Shown: positions 7,649 through 18,660 of the stretch, piece after piece | Numbering within the stretch: position 1 is the first letter of the stretch | How the letters are laid out: each line of letters opens with the position of its first letter | Origin: Bacteroidales bacterium | GTDB taxonomy: Bacteria > Bacteroidota > Bacteroidia > Bacteroidales > UBA4417 | Assembly: GCA_038213495.1 (NCBI GenBank) | Contig: JBBQSY010000004.1 | Location: 3,478 to 67,477, forward strand | Direction: 5' to 3' | DNA length: 64,000 bases | Program-made: the position numbers and the translations under genes | The notes under the pieces: generated by a model | Databases searched by the model: none | Told to the model about the DNA's origin: nothing | What the model saw: the letters and a program-made list of their open reading frames with translations, nothing else

Positions 7649-9082
7649 ATGGAATTCGAATTATTGAGTAAGGGTATTACCGGAAAGCTGTTGAAAGTGA
7701 TTTCCGATTCTGCCATGCAGTTGGAAACGGAGGCATTTGTGATAGGAGGTTTTGTTCGTGATTCCCTGATGGGCCGTACTTGTAAGGATGTAGATATAGT
7801 AACTACAGGGAATGGAATATTGCTTGCCCAGAAGGCAGCAGAGATTCTTGGCATTAAGAAAGTCAGTGTTTTTAAAACGTATGGTACCGCCATGTTTATG
7901 TACCACGATTTACAGGTTGAATTTGTCGGTGCCAGAAAAGAATCCTACAGTGCAGATTCACGCAACCCGGATGTATCGCCCGGGAGTATCGAGGATGATC
8001 AGAACCGGCGCGATTTTACCATAAACGCCATGGCAATAAGTCTGCAAAAAGCTGATTATGGAAAACTGATTGACCCGTTCAACGGCGTTGATGATCTGAA
8101 TCAAAAACTTATCCGGACTCCGCTTGATCCGGATGTAACATTCGCCGACGATCCGCTTCGCATGATGCGCGCCATACGCTTTGCAACCCAGCTTAATTTC
8201 CGTATTTTGCCCGAAACGCTCGATGCAATTACACGAAATGCGTCGCGTATCAGTATCATTTCGATGGAACGCATCAGTGATGAACTGAATAAGATAGTAA
8301 TGACGGAGAAACCTTCCGTTGGTTTTTACCTGTTGGACGAAACGGGTTTACTCGAACTGATTTTACCTGTTTTTACAGCACTCAAAGGTGCTGAATTTGT
8401 TGACGGGAAAGGACATAAGGATAATTTTAAGCATACGCTGGAGGTACTCGACAGGATAGCACCCAACACGGACAATCTATGGTTACGGTGGTCTGCACTG
8501 CTACACGACATTGCAAAGCCGGTGACACGCCGGTTCGATCCACAAACAGGATGGACCTTTCACGGACATGAGTTTAAAGGAATGAAAATGATACCTTCGG
8601 TATTCAGTCATTTACGTTTGCCGCTTAATGAGAAAATGAAATACGTGCAGAAAATGGTACAGCTTCATTTAAGGCCGATTGTGCTGGCCGAAGATGTGGT
8701 AACCGACTCTGCAATACGCCGGCTGCTGATGGATGCCGGCGATGATATCGATGATTTAATGACACTCTGTGAAGCCGACATTACCTCGAAGAACCAGGCG
8801 AAAGTAAAACGTTATTTGGCTAATTTTGAGCTCGTCAGGCACAAGTTAAAAGAAATAGAAGCAAAAGATAATCTGCGTAACTGGCAGCCTCCGGTTTCGG
8901 GTGAGCAAATTATGGAAGTATTCGGACTTGAACCTTGCCGTCAGGTTGGCATCATAAAATCAGTCATCAGGGAAGCCATTCTTGAAGGTTCAATTCAAAA
9001 TAATTATGAGGAAGCCTGCCAGTTGATGCTGCAGGAAGGATTAAAAATGGGGTTAACAATTGTAGAACAGCCTCTTATCTGA
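7649..9082 (+). CDS. CCA-adding tRNA nucleotidyltransferase / poly(A) polymerase family protein with HD domain
   Basis: GGFVRDSLMGRTCKDVDIV is the GGxVRD...DxD nucleotidyltransferase head. RRDFTINAM is present, followed by the HD-domain block LLHDIAKP. Confidence 0.85.
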   Translation: MEFELLSKGITGKLLKVISDSAMQLETEAFVIGGFVRDSLMGRTCKDVDIVTTGNGILLAQKAAEILGIKKVSVFKTYGTAMFMYHDLQVEFVGARKESYSADSRNPDVSPGSIEDDQNRRDFTINAMAISLQKADYGKLIDPFNGVDDLNQKLIRTPLDPDVTFADDPLRMMRAIRFATQLNFRILPETLDAITRNASRISIISMERISDELNKIVMTEKPSVGFYLLDETGLLELILPVFTALKGAEFVDGKGHKDNFKHTLEVLDRIAPNTDNLWLRWSALLHDIAKPVTRRFDPQTGWTFHGHEFKGMKMIPSVFSHLRLPLNEKMKYVQKMVQLHLRPIVLAEDVVTDSAIRRLLMDAGDDIDDLMTLCEADITSKNQAKVKRYLANFELVRHKLKEIEAKDNLRNWQPPVSGEQIMEVFGLEPCRQVGIIKSVIREAILEGSIQNNYEEACQLMLQEGLKMGLTIVEQPLI

Positions 9083-9167
9083 GAGGGGCAAAATCTTCGT
9101 TTGCTGATAAGCAAATTCATAAATAAATTCATACCTTTACGCTATCAAAACTACAATACCAATTACT

Positions 9168-9752
9168 ATGCAAGTATATCGTTTCAGGCTTTTGTATGAA
9201 GAACAGGATGATTTTCTGCGCGACATTGAAATTAAGCCTGGGCAGACCTTTAAAGATTTTCATGATAGCATCCTTCAATCGGTCGACATTGAAGGCAAAG
9301 AACTTGCCTCATTTTTTATCTGTGATCCGCAATGGAACAAGCAGCGTGAAGTCACATTGATCGACATGGGATTAAAGATTCCCGATACTGATGTAGACGA
9401 TGATGACAGGAAGCCTATAAAAGTTCCGATTCCTGTAATGATTATGGCGGAAGTGAAAATACGGGAAGTGATTGAGGATCCACACCAACGTATATTGTTC
9501 GAATATAATTTCCTGAATCCGGTTACATTTTTTATTGAATTAATGAAAATTGTTGACGGAGACCCTAAAAAAACGTATCCGTTGTGTGTGAAAAAGGAAG
9601 GAACTCTGGCTCCGTCAACTGCACCAAATTTCCTCTCATTTCTGGACGATCCGGACGAGGACGCTATGCTTGGCGAATTGAATAAAATGATTGAAAGCGG
9701 CGATCTCGAAGAAGAAATTGATGAAAACTACACTACGGAACCTGAGTGGTAG
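9168..9752 (+). CDS. hypothetical protein with strongly acidic C-terminus
   Basis: 194-aa ORF between the nucleotidyltransferase gene and miaA. The N-terminal part (VYRFRLLYEE...FKDFHDSILQSV) is faintly reminiscent of MM3350/pRiA4b-ORF3-like domains. The tail is Asp/Glu-rich. Confidence 0.6.
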   Translation: MQVYRFRLLYEEQDDFLRDIEIKPGQTFKDFHDSILQSVDIEGKELASFFICDPQWNKQREVTLIDMGLKIPDTDVDDDDRKPIKVPIPVMIMAEVKIREVIEDPHQRILFEYNFLNPVTFFIELMKIVDGDPKKTYPLCVKKEGTLAPSTAPNFLSFLDDPDEDAMLGELNKMIESGDLEEEIDENYTTEPEW

Positions 9753-9798
9753 GCGTTATTCGCGTTGTATTTCCTGTTAATTCCATAAACTTGTCTGA

Positions 9799-10722
9799 TT
9801 GCATACTCCGTTGATAAATTCCGGAAAATACCTTGTTGTGATTGCCGGGCCTACTGCAGTGGGTAAGACTGGTGTTGCCATTGAACTCGCGAAAGCGTGG
9901 AACAGCGAGATTATTTCTGCCGATTCACGGCAGTTTTACAGGGAAATGTCTATTGGTACTGCAAAGCCTGATGAAAATCAGCTTAATAAAATTAAGCACC
10001 ATTTTGTGGGGCAATTATCGGTTCATCATTATTATAATGTCTCAAAATTCGAAAATGAGGCACTGAATTTGTTGAAAGGCCTCTTTACTAAACATGATGT
10101 TGTATTTTTGGTCGGAGGCTCAGGCCTATATATTGATGCCGTTTGCAAAGGAATAGATGACTTTCCTGATCCCGCACCCGAACTCCGGAACTATCTTAAA
10201 GGCATTTACCTCGACGAAGGCATAACCAGATTGCAGGAAATGTTATTACAAAAGGATCCGGAGTATTTTGAAACGGTTGACATAAACAACCCGAATCGCC
10301 TGCTTCGGGCTCTCGAAGTATGCCACACCACGGGAAAAAAGTTTTCGGAACAACGCTCAAATAAATTGAAACCACGTGATTTTCAAATCATTAAAATAGG
10401 ATTAAACCTTCTACGCCCCGAACTTTTTAGCCGGATCGGGATGCGTGTGGATCAAATGATTGAAAATGGCCTGGTTGATGAGGTAAAAAGCCTGCTCCCT
10501 TTCCGCCATCTCAATGCACTTAATACAGTTGGTTATAAAGAAATATTCGATTTTATGGATTCGAAAATTACGCTTCACCAGGCAATCATGAATATAAAAA
10601 CCAATACACGAAGGTATGCCAAGCGGCAGCTTACCTGGTTTAACCGGACTGATGAGTATACCTGGTACGAGCCTTCACAAATAAATGAAATAACCAGCTA
10701 CCTGGCAAATATCTGCAGATAG
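9799..10722 (+). CDS. miaA: tRNA dimethylallyltransferase
   Basis: P-loop GPTAVGKTG, SADSRQFYREMSIGTAKP and YAKRQLTWF are typical MiaA blocks. No in-frame ATG precedes the P-loop, so a TTG start is inferred and the exact start is uncertain. Confidence 0.9.
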   Translation: MHTPLINSGKYLVVIAGPTAVGKTGVAIELAKAWNSEIISADSRQFYREMSIGTAKPDENQLNKIKHHFVGQLSVHHYYNVSKFENEALNLLKGLFTKHDVVFLVGGSGLYIDAVCKGIDDFPDPAPELRNYLKGIYLDEGITRLQEMLLQKDPEYFETVDINNPNRLLRALEVCHTTGKKFSEQRSNKLKPRDFQIIKIGLNLLRPELFSRIGMRVDQMIENGLVDEVKSLLPFRHLNALNTVGYKEIFDFMDSKITLHQAIMNIKTNTRRYAKRQLTWFNRTDEYTWYEPSQINEITSYLANICR

Positions 10723-10751
10723 CTGGTTACCTCAGCCGGAAAGAATTCCGG
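10691..10751. terminator. two hairpins between convergent miaA and the S9 peptidase gene
   Basis: Perfect 10-bp inverted repeat TAACCAGCTA (10691-10700) / TAGCTGGTTA (10720-10729) that includes the miaA stop codon. It is followed by CCGGAA-AGAA-TTCCGG (10736-10751). Confidence 0.45.
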
Positions 10752-10761
10752 TACTATTCGC

Positions 10762-12810
10762 TTACTTTTTCAGATACTCATCAAGCCAGCGGAAGAATTC
10801 CCTTTGCCATAGCACACTGTTTTGTGGCCGCAATACCCAATGACTTTCTTCAGGAAAATGCAGATACCTGGCCGGAATACCAAGGAGTTTGGCTGCATTG
10901 TATGCCGCCAATCCTTGTGTATATGGAATCCGGAAATCATTTTCGCCTTCAATAATCATGATGGGCGTATCCCATTTGTCAACAAACTTATGGGGAGAAT
11001 TTGCATACGAATGGTCAACTTTAGGATTTCCTTTTTCCCAATAAGGTCCGCCCAGATCCCAGTTCACAAACCACATTTCTTCTGTTGTAAGATATTGATC
11101 ATCAAGGTTAAACATGCCGCAATGTGAAATAAAAACTTTGAAACGTTTTTCGTGATGCCCTGCCAGCCAAAGCACTGAAAATCCTCCGTAACTGGCACCT
11201 ACTGCACCCATTCTGTCTTTATCAACAAAGGGTTCCTTAGCCATTTCATCAACGGCTGTAAGGTAATCCTTCATGTTTTGTCCGCCGTAATCGCCGCTGA
11301 TCTGATCGTTCCACTCCTGGCCGAATCCTGGTAATCCCCTGCGATTCGGGGCAATAACAATATAATCATTGGCTGCCATCATCTGGAAATTCCATCGGTA
11401 GGAGAAAAACTGGCTTACCATACTCTGCGGCCCACCTTCGCAGAACAACAGGGTTGGATATTTCTTCGCCGGGTTAAAATCAGGAGGATAAATTACCCAG
11501 ACAAGCATCTTTTTATTATCGGTGGTAGTCATCCAGCGCTCTTCCACTTTGGCTGATGTAACATCCTTCAGAATTTCTTTATTGGTAAAAGATAGCTGGG
11601 TTTCTTTTCCGGCAGCATCGATTTTGAATATTTCAGTCGGATCAGTCATCGATTGTTTCGAAGTAATAAAATCTTTACCCGCGAGGCAAATGGATAAATA
11701 ATCCCACTGTCCCTGGCTAATCTGCTTTATTTCTTTGGTAGCCAATATAATTGAATAGATTTGAACCGTTCCATGAATTGAGCTTAGGAAGTAAATTGTT
11801 TTCCCATCGGCCGACCATGTAAAATTATTTGCGCCCTGGTCAAATTTTTCAGAAAAGTCGCTGTATTTAGCGGTAGCAAAATCATAAATCATAATTCGGT
11901 CTTTATCTGCTTCGAAGCCGTTTCGTGCCATGCTTCTCCAAACCAATTTGCTACCATCCGGCGAGAAAACAGGATCCTGATCATAGCCGGCTATGCCGTT
12001 TGATACATTTGTTTCAATGCCTTTTTTTATATCATAAACATAAATTTCGGAATTGGTGCTTAACGAATATTCGAGTCCCGTGAGTTTTTTGCATGTATAA
12101 GCGATTTTATCACTTTTCGGACTCCAGTTCATTTGCTCCATTCCTCCCCAGGGCGCCATAGGCGATTCGAAACGCTGATTTTCCATAATATCTTTGCTGC
12201 GTTCAATTTTTCCGTCGGTGTAAGACGCGATAAAAATATGGCTGTAGCTGAAATCGGACCAACTGTCCCAATGACGGTACATCAGATCATCCTCAATGCG
12301 GGCATTGGCTTTTGGAAGGTCAGGATACATATCGTTAGCCGTTTTATCAAGTTTAACACGCTGTGTATAAAGTATATGCTTCATATCCGGTGAATAGCTG
12401 AAACCGGTAATATCGCCATTGGTATTGCTAAGCCGGGTAGGAGCGGAGCCATCCGGATTTGCCTCCCAAATCTGCATTGAACCTGATTCAGCCGACAGGA
12501 ATGCAATTTTCTTGCCATCCGGGCGATATATTCCATTGCCTTCGCTACCTTTAAAAGAAGTAATTTTTACAGCCTTGCCGCCGCTAACGGGAAGTGAATA
12601 CAAGTCGCGGTTTCCTTTATTTTCGTCCAGGTTGTACCAGCTTACGCCATACAAAATGGTTTTATTGTCAGGCGAAACCTGCACGTCGCTTACCCGGCCG
12701 AGTTTCCATAATAATTCAGGTGTGTATCTGTTTGGAGCTACGCTTTGCTGGGCAAAAAGTACTGATGTTACAGCTATCAGTAACGAAAATGTTATAATCT
12801 GCTTTTTCAT
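10762..12810 (-). CDS. S9 family serine peptidase (prolyl oligopeptidase / acylaminoacyl-peptidase type) with N-terminal beta-propeller
   Basis: Signal peptide MKKQIITFSLLIAVTSVLFA. Repeated TolB-like segments (SPDNKTILY, RPDGKKIAF, SPDGSKLVW, SADGKTIYF). Nucleophile elbow GASYGGFS. Confidence 0.88.
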   Translation of the reverse strand: MKKQIITFSLLIAVTSVLFAQQSVAPNRYTPELLWKLGRVSDVQVSPDNKTILYGVSWYNLDENKGNRDLYSLPVSGGKAVKITSFKGSEGNGIYRPDGKKIAFLSAESGSMQIWEANPDGSAPTRLSNTNGDITGFSYSPDMKHILYTQRVKLDKTANDMYPDLPKANARIEDDLMYRHWDSWSDFSYSHIFIASYTDGKIERSKDIMENQRFESPMAPWGGMEQMNWSPKSDKIAYTCKKLTGLEYSLSTNSEIYVYDIKKGIETNVSNGIAGYDQDPVFSPDGSKLVWRSMARNGFEADKDRIMIYDFATAKYSDFSEKFDQGANNFTWSADGKTIYFLSSIHGTVQIYSIILATKEIKQISQGQWDYLSICLAGKDFITSKQSMTDPTEIFKIDAAGKETQLSFTNKEILKDVTSAKVEERWMTTTDNKKMLVWVIYPPDFNPAKKYPTLLFCEGGPQSMVSQFFSYRWNFQMMAANDYIVIAPNRRGLPGFGQEWNDQISGDYGGQNMKDYLTAVDEMAKEPFVDKDRMGAVGASYGGFSVLWLAGHHEKRFKVFISHCGMFNLDDQYLTTEEMWFVNWDLGGPYWEKGNPKVDHSYANSPHKFVDKWDTPIMIIEGENDFRIPYTQGLAAYNAAKLLGIPARYLHFPEESHWVLRPQNSVLWQREFFRWLDEYLKK

Positions 12811-13186
12811 TAAAATGGTTTTTGCTTTGTTATTTTGCTGCGAAAGTAGAAAAGATAATTCAAATTTTATAAACCAATTTTGAACACTATACTCATATGT
12901 GCTTACAGAAAATCAATATGCAGGCATTTCGAAGTGGAATTATCCGGAATTTTATCCGCAAACCCATCAAACAAAGCCCTGATTTCTTATTTTTACATTT
13001 TGTAATATACCTGATCCTGAAATAAAATAAAGGAACTTTCAACCAGAAAATGTTAACAGCGATTATTTTCATCCAAATTCAACAAACCGGATATTACCCT
13101 TGTTAATCATGTTCTATTAAAGTCAGTTAGTTTGAACCGGACCAATTGCAACAGTTTTAAATAGATAAAATTAAGAGAACTTCTGA

Positions 13187-15238
<2,052 letters not shown>

Positions 15239-15252
15239 TTTGCAAGCTTGGA

Positions 15253-15272
15253 TTGCTTTTTGTAGAAAGCAA
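15253..15272 (+). terminator. hairpin downstream of ligA
   Basis: TTGCTTT (15253-15259) / AAAGCAA (15266-15272) form a 7-bp stem with a 6-nt loop, 15 nt after the ligA stop. No T-tail. Confidence 0.3.
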
Positions 15273-15358
15273 AGAAGGAATATGATGTTTTCCCGTTTAT
15301 GCTGTACCAGCCGGAATGATTGAATTACATTTATTATTCCTTCATTAAAGTAATTCTT

Positions 15359-17578
15359 ATGGCAATTCCATTAACTGAAATAGAGAGTACTTTTTCCAAC
15401 TTATGCAACCTTGTGTATGCTAACCGCCTAAAGGAAGCGTTGAATCAACTCAGGGTTCTGATGGAAGGAATGCATGTTGCTGATTTTACCTTACAGTACG
15501 AAGATCTTAATCAGACATATCGCATGCTCCTTGAATATAATTTCAGGGGAGTTCCTGATCCTCAGCGGGATACGATTTTTGAAAAACTTAAAGTATCCCT
15601 GCTCGAATTGTCTGATAAAGTCCGCCAACACGCATTTGCCCAGACCGGTATGCATATTTACCAGCTAAAATCGCGTATTGAAACAGAGAAAGAGATCGCA
15701 AAGGAAGAAGCAACAAGGAGGATAGATAATTATTCGTTCGAACTGGAATTTGCCAAACTGCTAAGTGATACTGATTTATCCACGCATAAAGCGGATGGTG
15801 AAACTCTTCCGTCCATTTCGCCAAAACTGTTCCAGTTGATGTGGCTCACGGATAAGTACACCGAAACAGACCTTTTGCTCATAAAAGCCATACGCGAATC
15901 GGTTTCGCTGCCATGGTACGAAAAATCCCTGGCTGTAAGTGCTATTACGCTGAGCCTGATCAACTGTTTTGATAAAGAGAAGTTCACGGTTCTTTGCGAA
16001 TTTTATAACGACCGTCAGCCGCAGGTGTGGCAACGTGCCTTCTCCGGGCTTATTACAGCAGTATTCATTTACAATAAAAGGCTTGAGCTTTATCCCACCT
16101 TACACGAACAGTTTTTGAAATATTCGGCTGACGAGACTTTTGTGACCGATCTGAATAATTTTCTCATTCAAATCCTGAAGGCACTTGAAACGGAAAATAT
16201 CACCCGAAAGTTCCGTGAAGAAATTCTGCCTGATGTTCAGAAATTCGAATCCAAGATCCGTGAAAAACTCGACATTGATAATATCATCACTAATGACATT
16301 ATTGAAGATAAAAACCCCGACTGGGAGCAGATTTTTGAGGATAGTCCCGATTTGCTGAATAAGATTGAAAAGATGTCGGAAATGCAAATGGAGGGTCTTG
16401 ATTTGTTTATGGGCACATTTGCTATGCTTAAGAATTTCGATTTTTTCAGGGAGATATCCAACTGGTTCCGACCGTTTTATAAGGAAAATGATACAGCTCA
16501 GAATTCAATAGGTGATGAGATTCAGGGGAAATGGGATTACCTCGCTGCCCTCGAAGATTCCTTTTATATGTGTAATTCCGATAAATATTCCTTCTGTTTC
16601 AACATAAAGCATTTGCCTGATGAACAAGGGCGTAATATTATAAGCCTGTTCAATATGGAAGCGGAAAGCTTGCGTGAAATAACAAATGAGGACGGGCTGC
16701 TTAATAAGCCGGGAAAGGATACATTCATTTTTACGCAGTATATCCAGGATATGTACAGGTTTTTTAAATTGCATCCTTTCCGGGCCGACTTTCGCGATAT
16801 ATTCAGCCTGCCCTGGGATATTTCCGATAACTGGCTGGTGAAAAATCTTTCTGACGATAAACTTATTCTCCGCAATGCCGCTGAATTTCTTTTTATAAAG
16901 ATGCATTATCCGGAGGCTTCCGCAATGTTTCTGGTTCTGGCCACAAAACCAGATCCTGACCAGGCAGTATTCGAAAAATTAGCCTATTGCTACCAGATGA
17001 TGGGAAATTACACTGCCGCCCTCGAAAATTATAAAAAGGCTGAATTATTTGATACCAACCGCCTTTGGAGTTTGAAAAAGATAATATTCTGTTACAGGAA
17101 ACTGGGCGACAACAAGGCTGCATTAAAGTGGAGCCTCGAGGCAGCATCCCTCGATCCTGAAGATGCATATATACAAACTATGCTCGGTAATTGCTACCTC
17201 GATCTTCACCGGTTCGATACGGCCCTGGAGCACTATTTTAAAGTTGAGATTCTTGCGCCGGAAAATAAGAAAGTGCTGCGTCCGATTGCCTGGTGTTGTT
17301 TTGTGCTTGGCAAACTGGATCTGGCCCAAAACTACTTTCAGCGTATTATCGCCGAAGGTTCAACAGCAAATGACCTGATCAATGCCGGCCATGTTGAATT
17401 ATGCCTGGGAAGCAAACCTAAAGCGATGGAAAGTTACATGGCTGCTCTTGCTTCCGGCGGAATAAACCTGGCTCAGTTTACCGAAACACTTGATTTTGAT
17501 AAGAAATATCTTTTTACCAATGGGATAGATTCATCAGAAATACAACTTATTACCGATTATATCCGGTTCAGGGATTGA
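15359..17578 (+). CDS. TPR repeat-containing protein
   Basis: The ORF from 15320 has a TTG start; the first ATG is at 15359. The C-terminal third has tandem TPR-like repeats (AYCYQMMGNYTAALENYKKAE, IFCYRKLGDNKAALKWSLEAA, GNCYLDLHRFDTALEHYFKVE). Confidence 0.75.
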   Translation: MAIPLTEIESTFSNLCNLVYANRLKEALNQLRVLMEGMHVADFTLQYEDLNQTYRMLLEYNFRGVPDPQRDTIFEKLKVSLLELSDKVRQHAFAQTGMHIYQLKSRIETEKEIAKEEATRRIDNYSFELEFAKLLSDTDLSTHKADGETLPSISPKLFQLMWLTDKYTETDLLLIKAIRESVSLPWYEKSLAVSAITLSLINCFDKEKFTVLCEFYNDRQPQVWQRAFSGLITAVFIYNKRLELYPTLHEQFLKYSADETFVTDLNNFLIQILKALETENITRKFREEILPDVQKFESKIREKLDIDNIITNDIIEDKNPDWEQIFEDSPDLLNKIEKMSEMQMEGLDLFMGTFAMLKNFDFFREISNWFRPFYKENDTAQNSIGDEIQGKWDYLAALEDSFYMCNSDKYSFCFNIKHLPDEQGRNIISLFNMEAESLREITNEDGLLNKPGKDTFIFTQYIQDMYRFFKLHPFRADFRDIFSLPWDISDNWLVKNLSDDKLILRNAAEFLFIKMHYPEASAMFLVLATKPDPDQAVFEKLAYCYQMMGNYTAALENYKKAELFDTNRLWSLKKIIFCYRKLGDNKAALKWSLEAASLDPEDAYIQTMLGNCYLDLHRFDTALEHYFKVEILAPENKKVLRPIAWCCFVLGKLDLAQNYFQRIIAEGSTANDLINAGHVELCLGSKPKAMESYMAALASGGINLAQFTETLDFDKKYLFTNGIDSSEIQLITDYIRFRD

Positions 17579-17727
17579 TTTTAATTGACTTGTGCACAAA
17601 GTGAGTTATTTTTAAAAAAAATGCTTGTATGCCTATTACTTTTCTTAAATGTTAATATTAATTAATAAGGAAAAGCCTTTTTCTTATTTGGCTCACTTTT
17701 TGAACATGTTTAATTAAAGTAGAAACT

Positions 17728-18123
17728 ATGAAAAAAATATTTTTACTCTTTGCCATTGTAACATCTGTTTTTGCCGCCTCTGCCCAATACTCCCGTGTTG
17801 GAAACGAAAATATGACTGGTAAAAATTCACAGATTTCAACTTCCGTGGCTTCATCCGAAGGATTAATTGAAAATATTACCGTTTATCCAAACCCTGTTGT
17901 AGATGTATTGAAAATAGCTTTCAAAGGCAACGGAAGTGGTTTAACAGTGATTTCCCTGTTTAATAACATCGGGAAGCAGGTTTACAGCCAGCAATCGGAA
18001 GTTACGCCCGGAAATAATATATTTTCCATTGATATCAGAAGCAAAGCCATCGAGCCAGGAATCTATTTTGTAAAATGTGCAGCCGATGACCAGATTATTA
18101 CACGCAAACTGATTGTTAAGTAA
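17728..18123 (+). CDS. small secreted protein consisting essentially of a T9SS C-terminal sorting domain
   Basis: Signal peptide MKKIFLLFAIVTSVFAASAQ, then a ~35-aa linker, then ITVYPNPVVDVLKIAF...GIYFVKC...RKLIVK, a type-A Por secretion tail. Confidence 0.75.
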   Translation: MKKIFLLFAIVTSVFAASAQYSRVGNENMTGKNSQISTSVASSEGLIENITVYPNPVVDVLKIAFKGNGSGLTVISLFNNIGKQVYSQQSEVTPGNNIFSIDIRSKAIEPGIYFVKCAADDQIITRKLIVK

Positions 18124-18205
18124 AGGAGCGTGCTTTACAGTGCCATTTGATTTTCTTTTTGATAATGCGTCGAACATTACCCGGGCTACGATGTTTACTT
18201 TACAA

Positions 18206-18213
18206 TAATTTTG
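18206..18213 (+). promoter_or_regulatory. candidate -7 box (TAATTTTG) upstream of the small membrane protein / TonB receptor pair
   Basis: Exact TAnnTTTG match 25 nt before the ATG at 18238. I found no good -33 TTTG. Confidence 0.3.
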
Positions 18214-18237
18214 CAAGGTAAATTTGGTACTTAATTT

Positions 18238-18585
18238 ATGAATGGGTCTGCAATTTTTTCGGGGATGGTTAAACATAAATCAATAATAGCTGTAGCGGCT
18301 GTTATGTTTTATTTACTGCCTAACCTTTTGCATGATGTTCATCGCATTTATGGACACACCTATTCTGATCACACTTTCGAGGCTGACGCAGAGAAAAATG
18401 TTCATCAGTATTCCGAAAAATGCCTGGTTTGTGTTTATGCGTTTTATTCTTCTGACGAAATCCCTGCTGTTTTTTTTACAGTCTCCCCTGTATCCTGTAA
18501 CTTCATTTTTTTCGATAACACAAGCTGTCAGACCTCTATAAAGGTTTTTGATTTTTCTCGTTTACGAGCTCCTCCCGTTTCCTGA
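18238..18585 (+). CDS. small membrane-anchored His/Cys-containing protein, unknown function
   Basis: One TM segment (IIAVAAVMFYLLPNLL), then HDVHRIYGHTYSDH, a CLVC pair and the C-terminal ...RLRAPPVS. It sits 75 bp upstream of the TonB-dependent receptor. The start could also be the internal Met (MVKHKS). Confidence 0.5.
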   Translation: MNGSAIFSGMVKHKSIIAVAAVMFYLLPNLLHDVHRIYGHTYSDHTFEADAEKNVHQYSEKCLVCVYAFYSSDEIPAVFFTVSPVSCNFIFFDNTSCQTSIKVFDFSRLRAPPVS

Positions 18586-18660
18586 TTTTTTACTGTTTTG
18601 ATTCTCAAGGTTGAAATTGCTTTCAATCATGTTTTGTAAATTGTATTAAATCAGATTACA

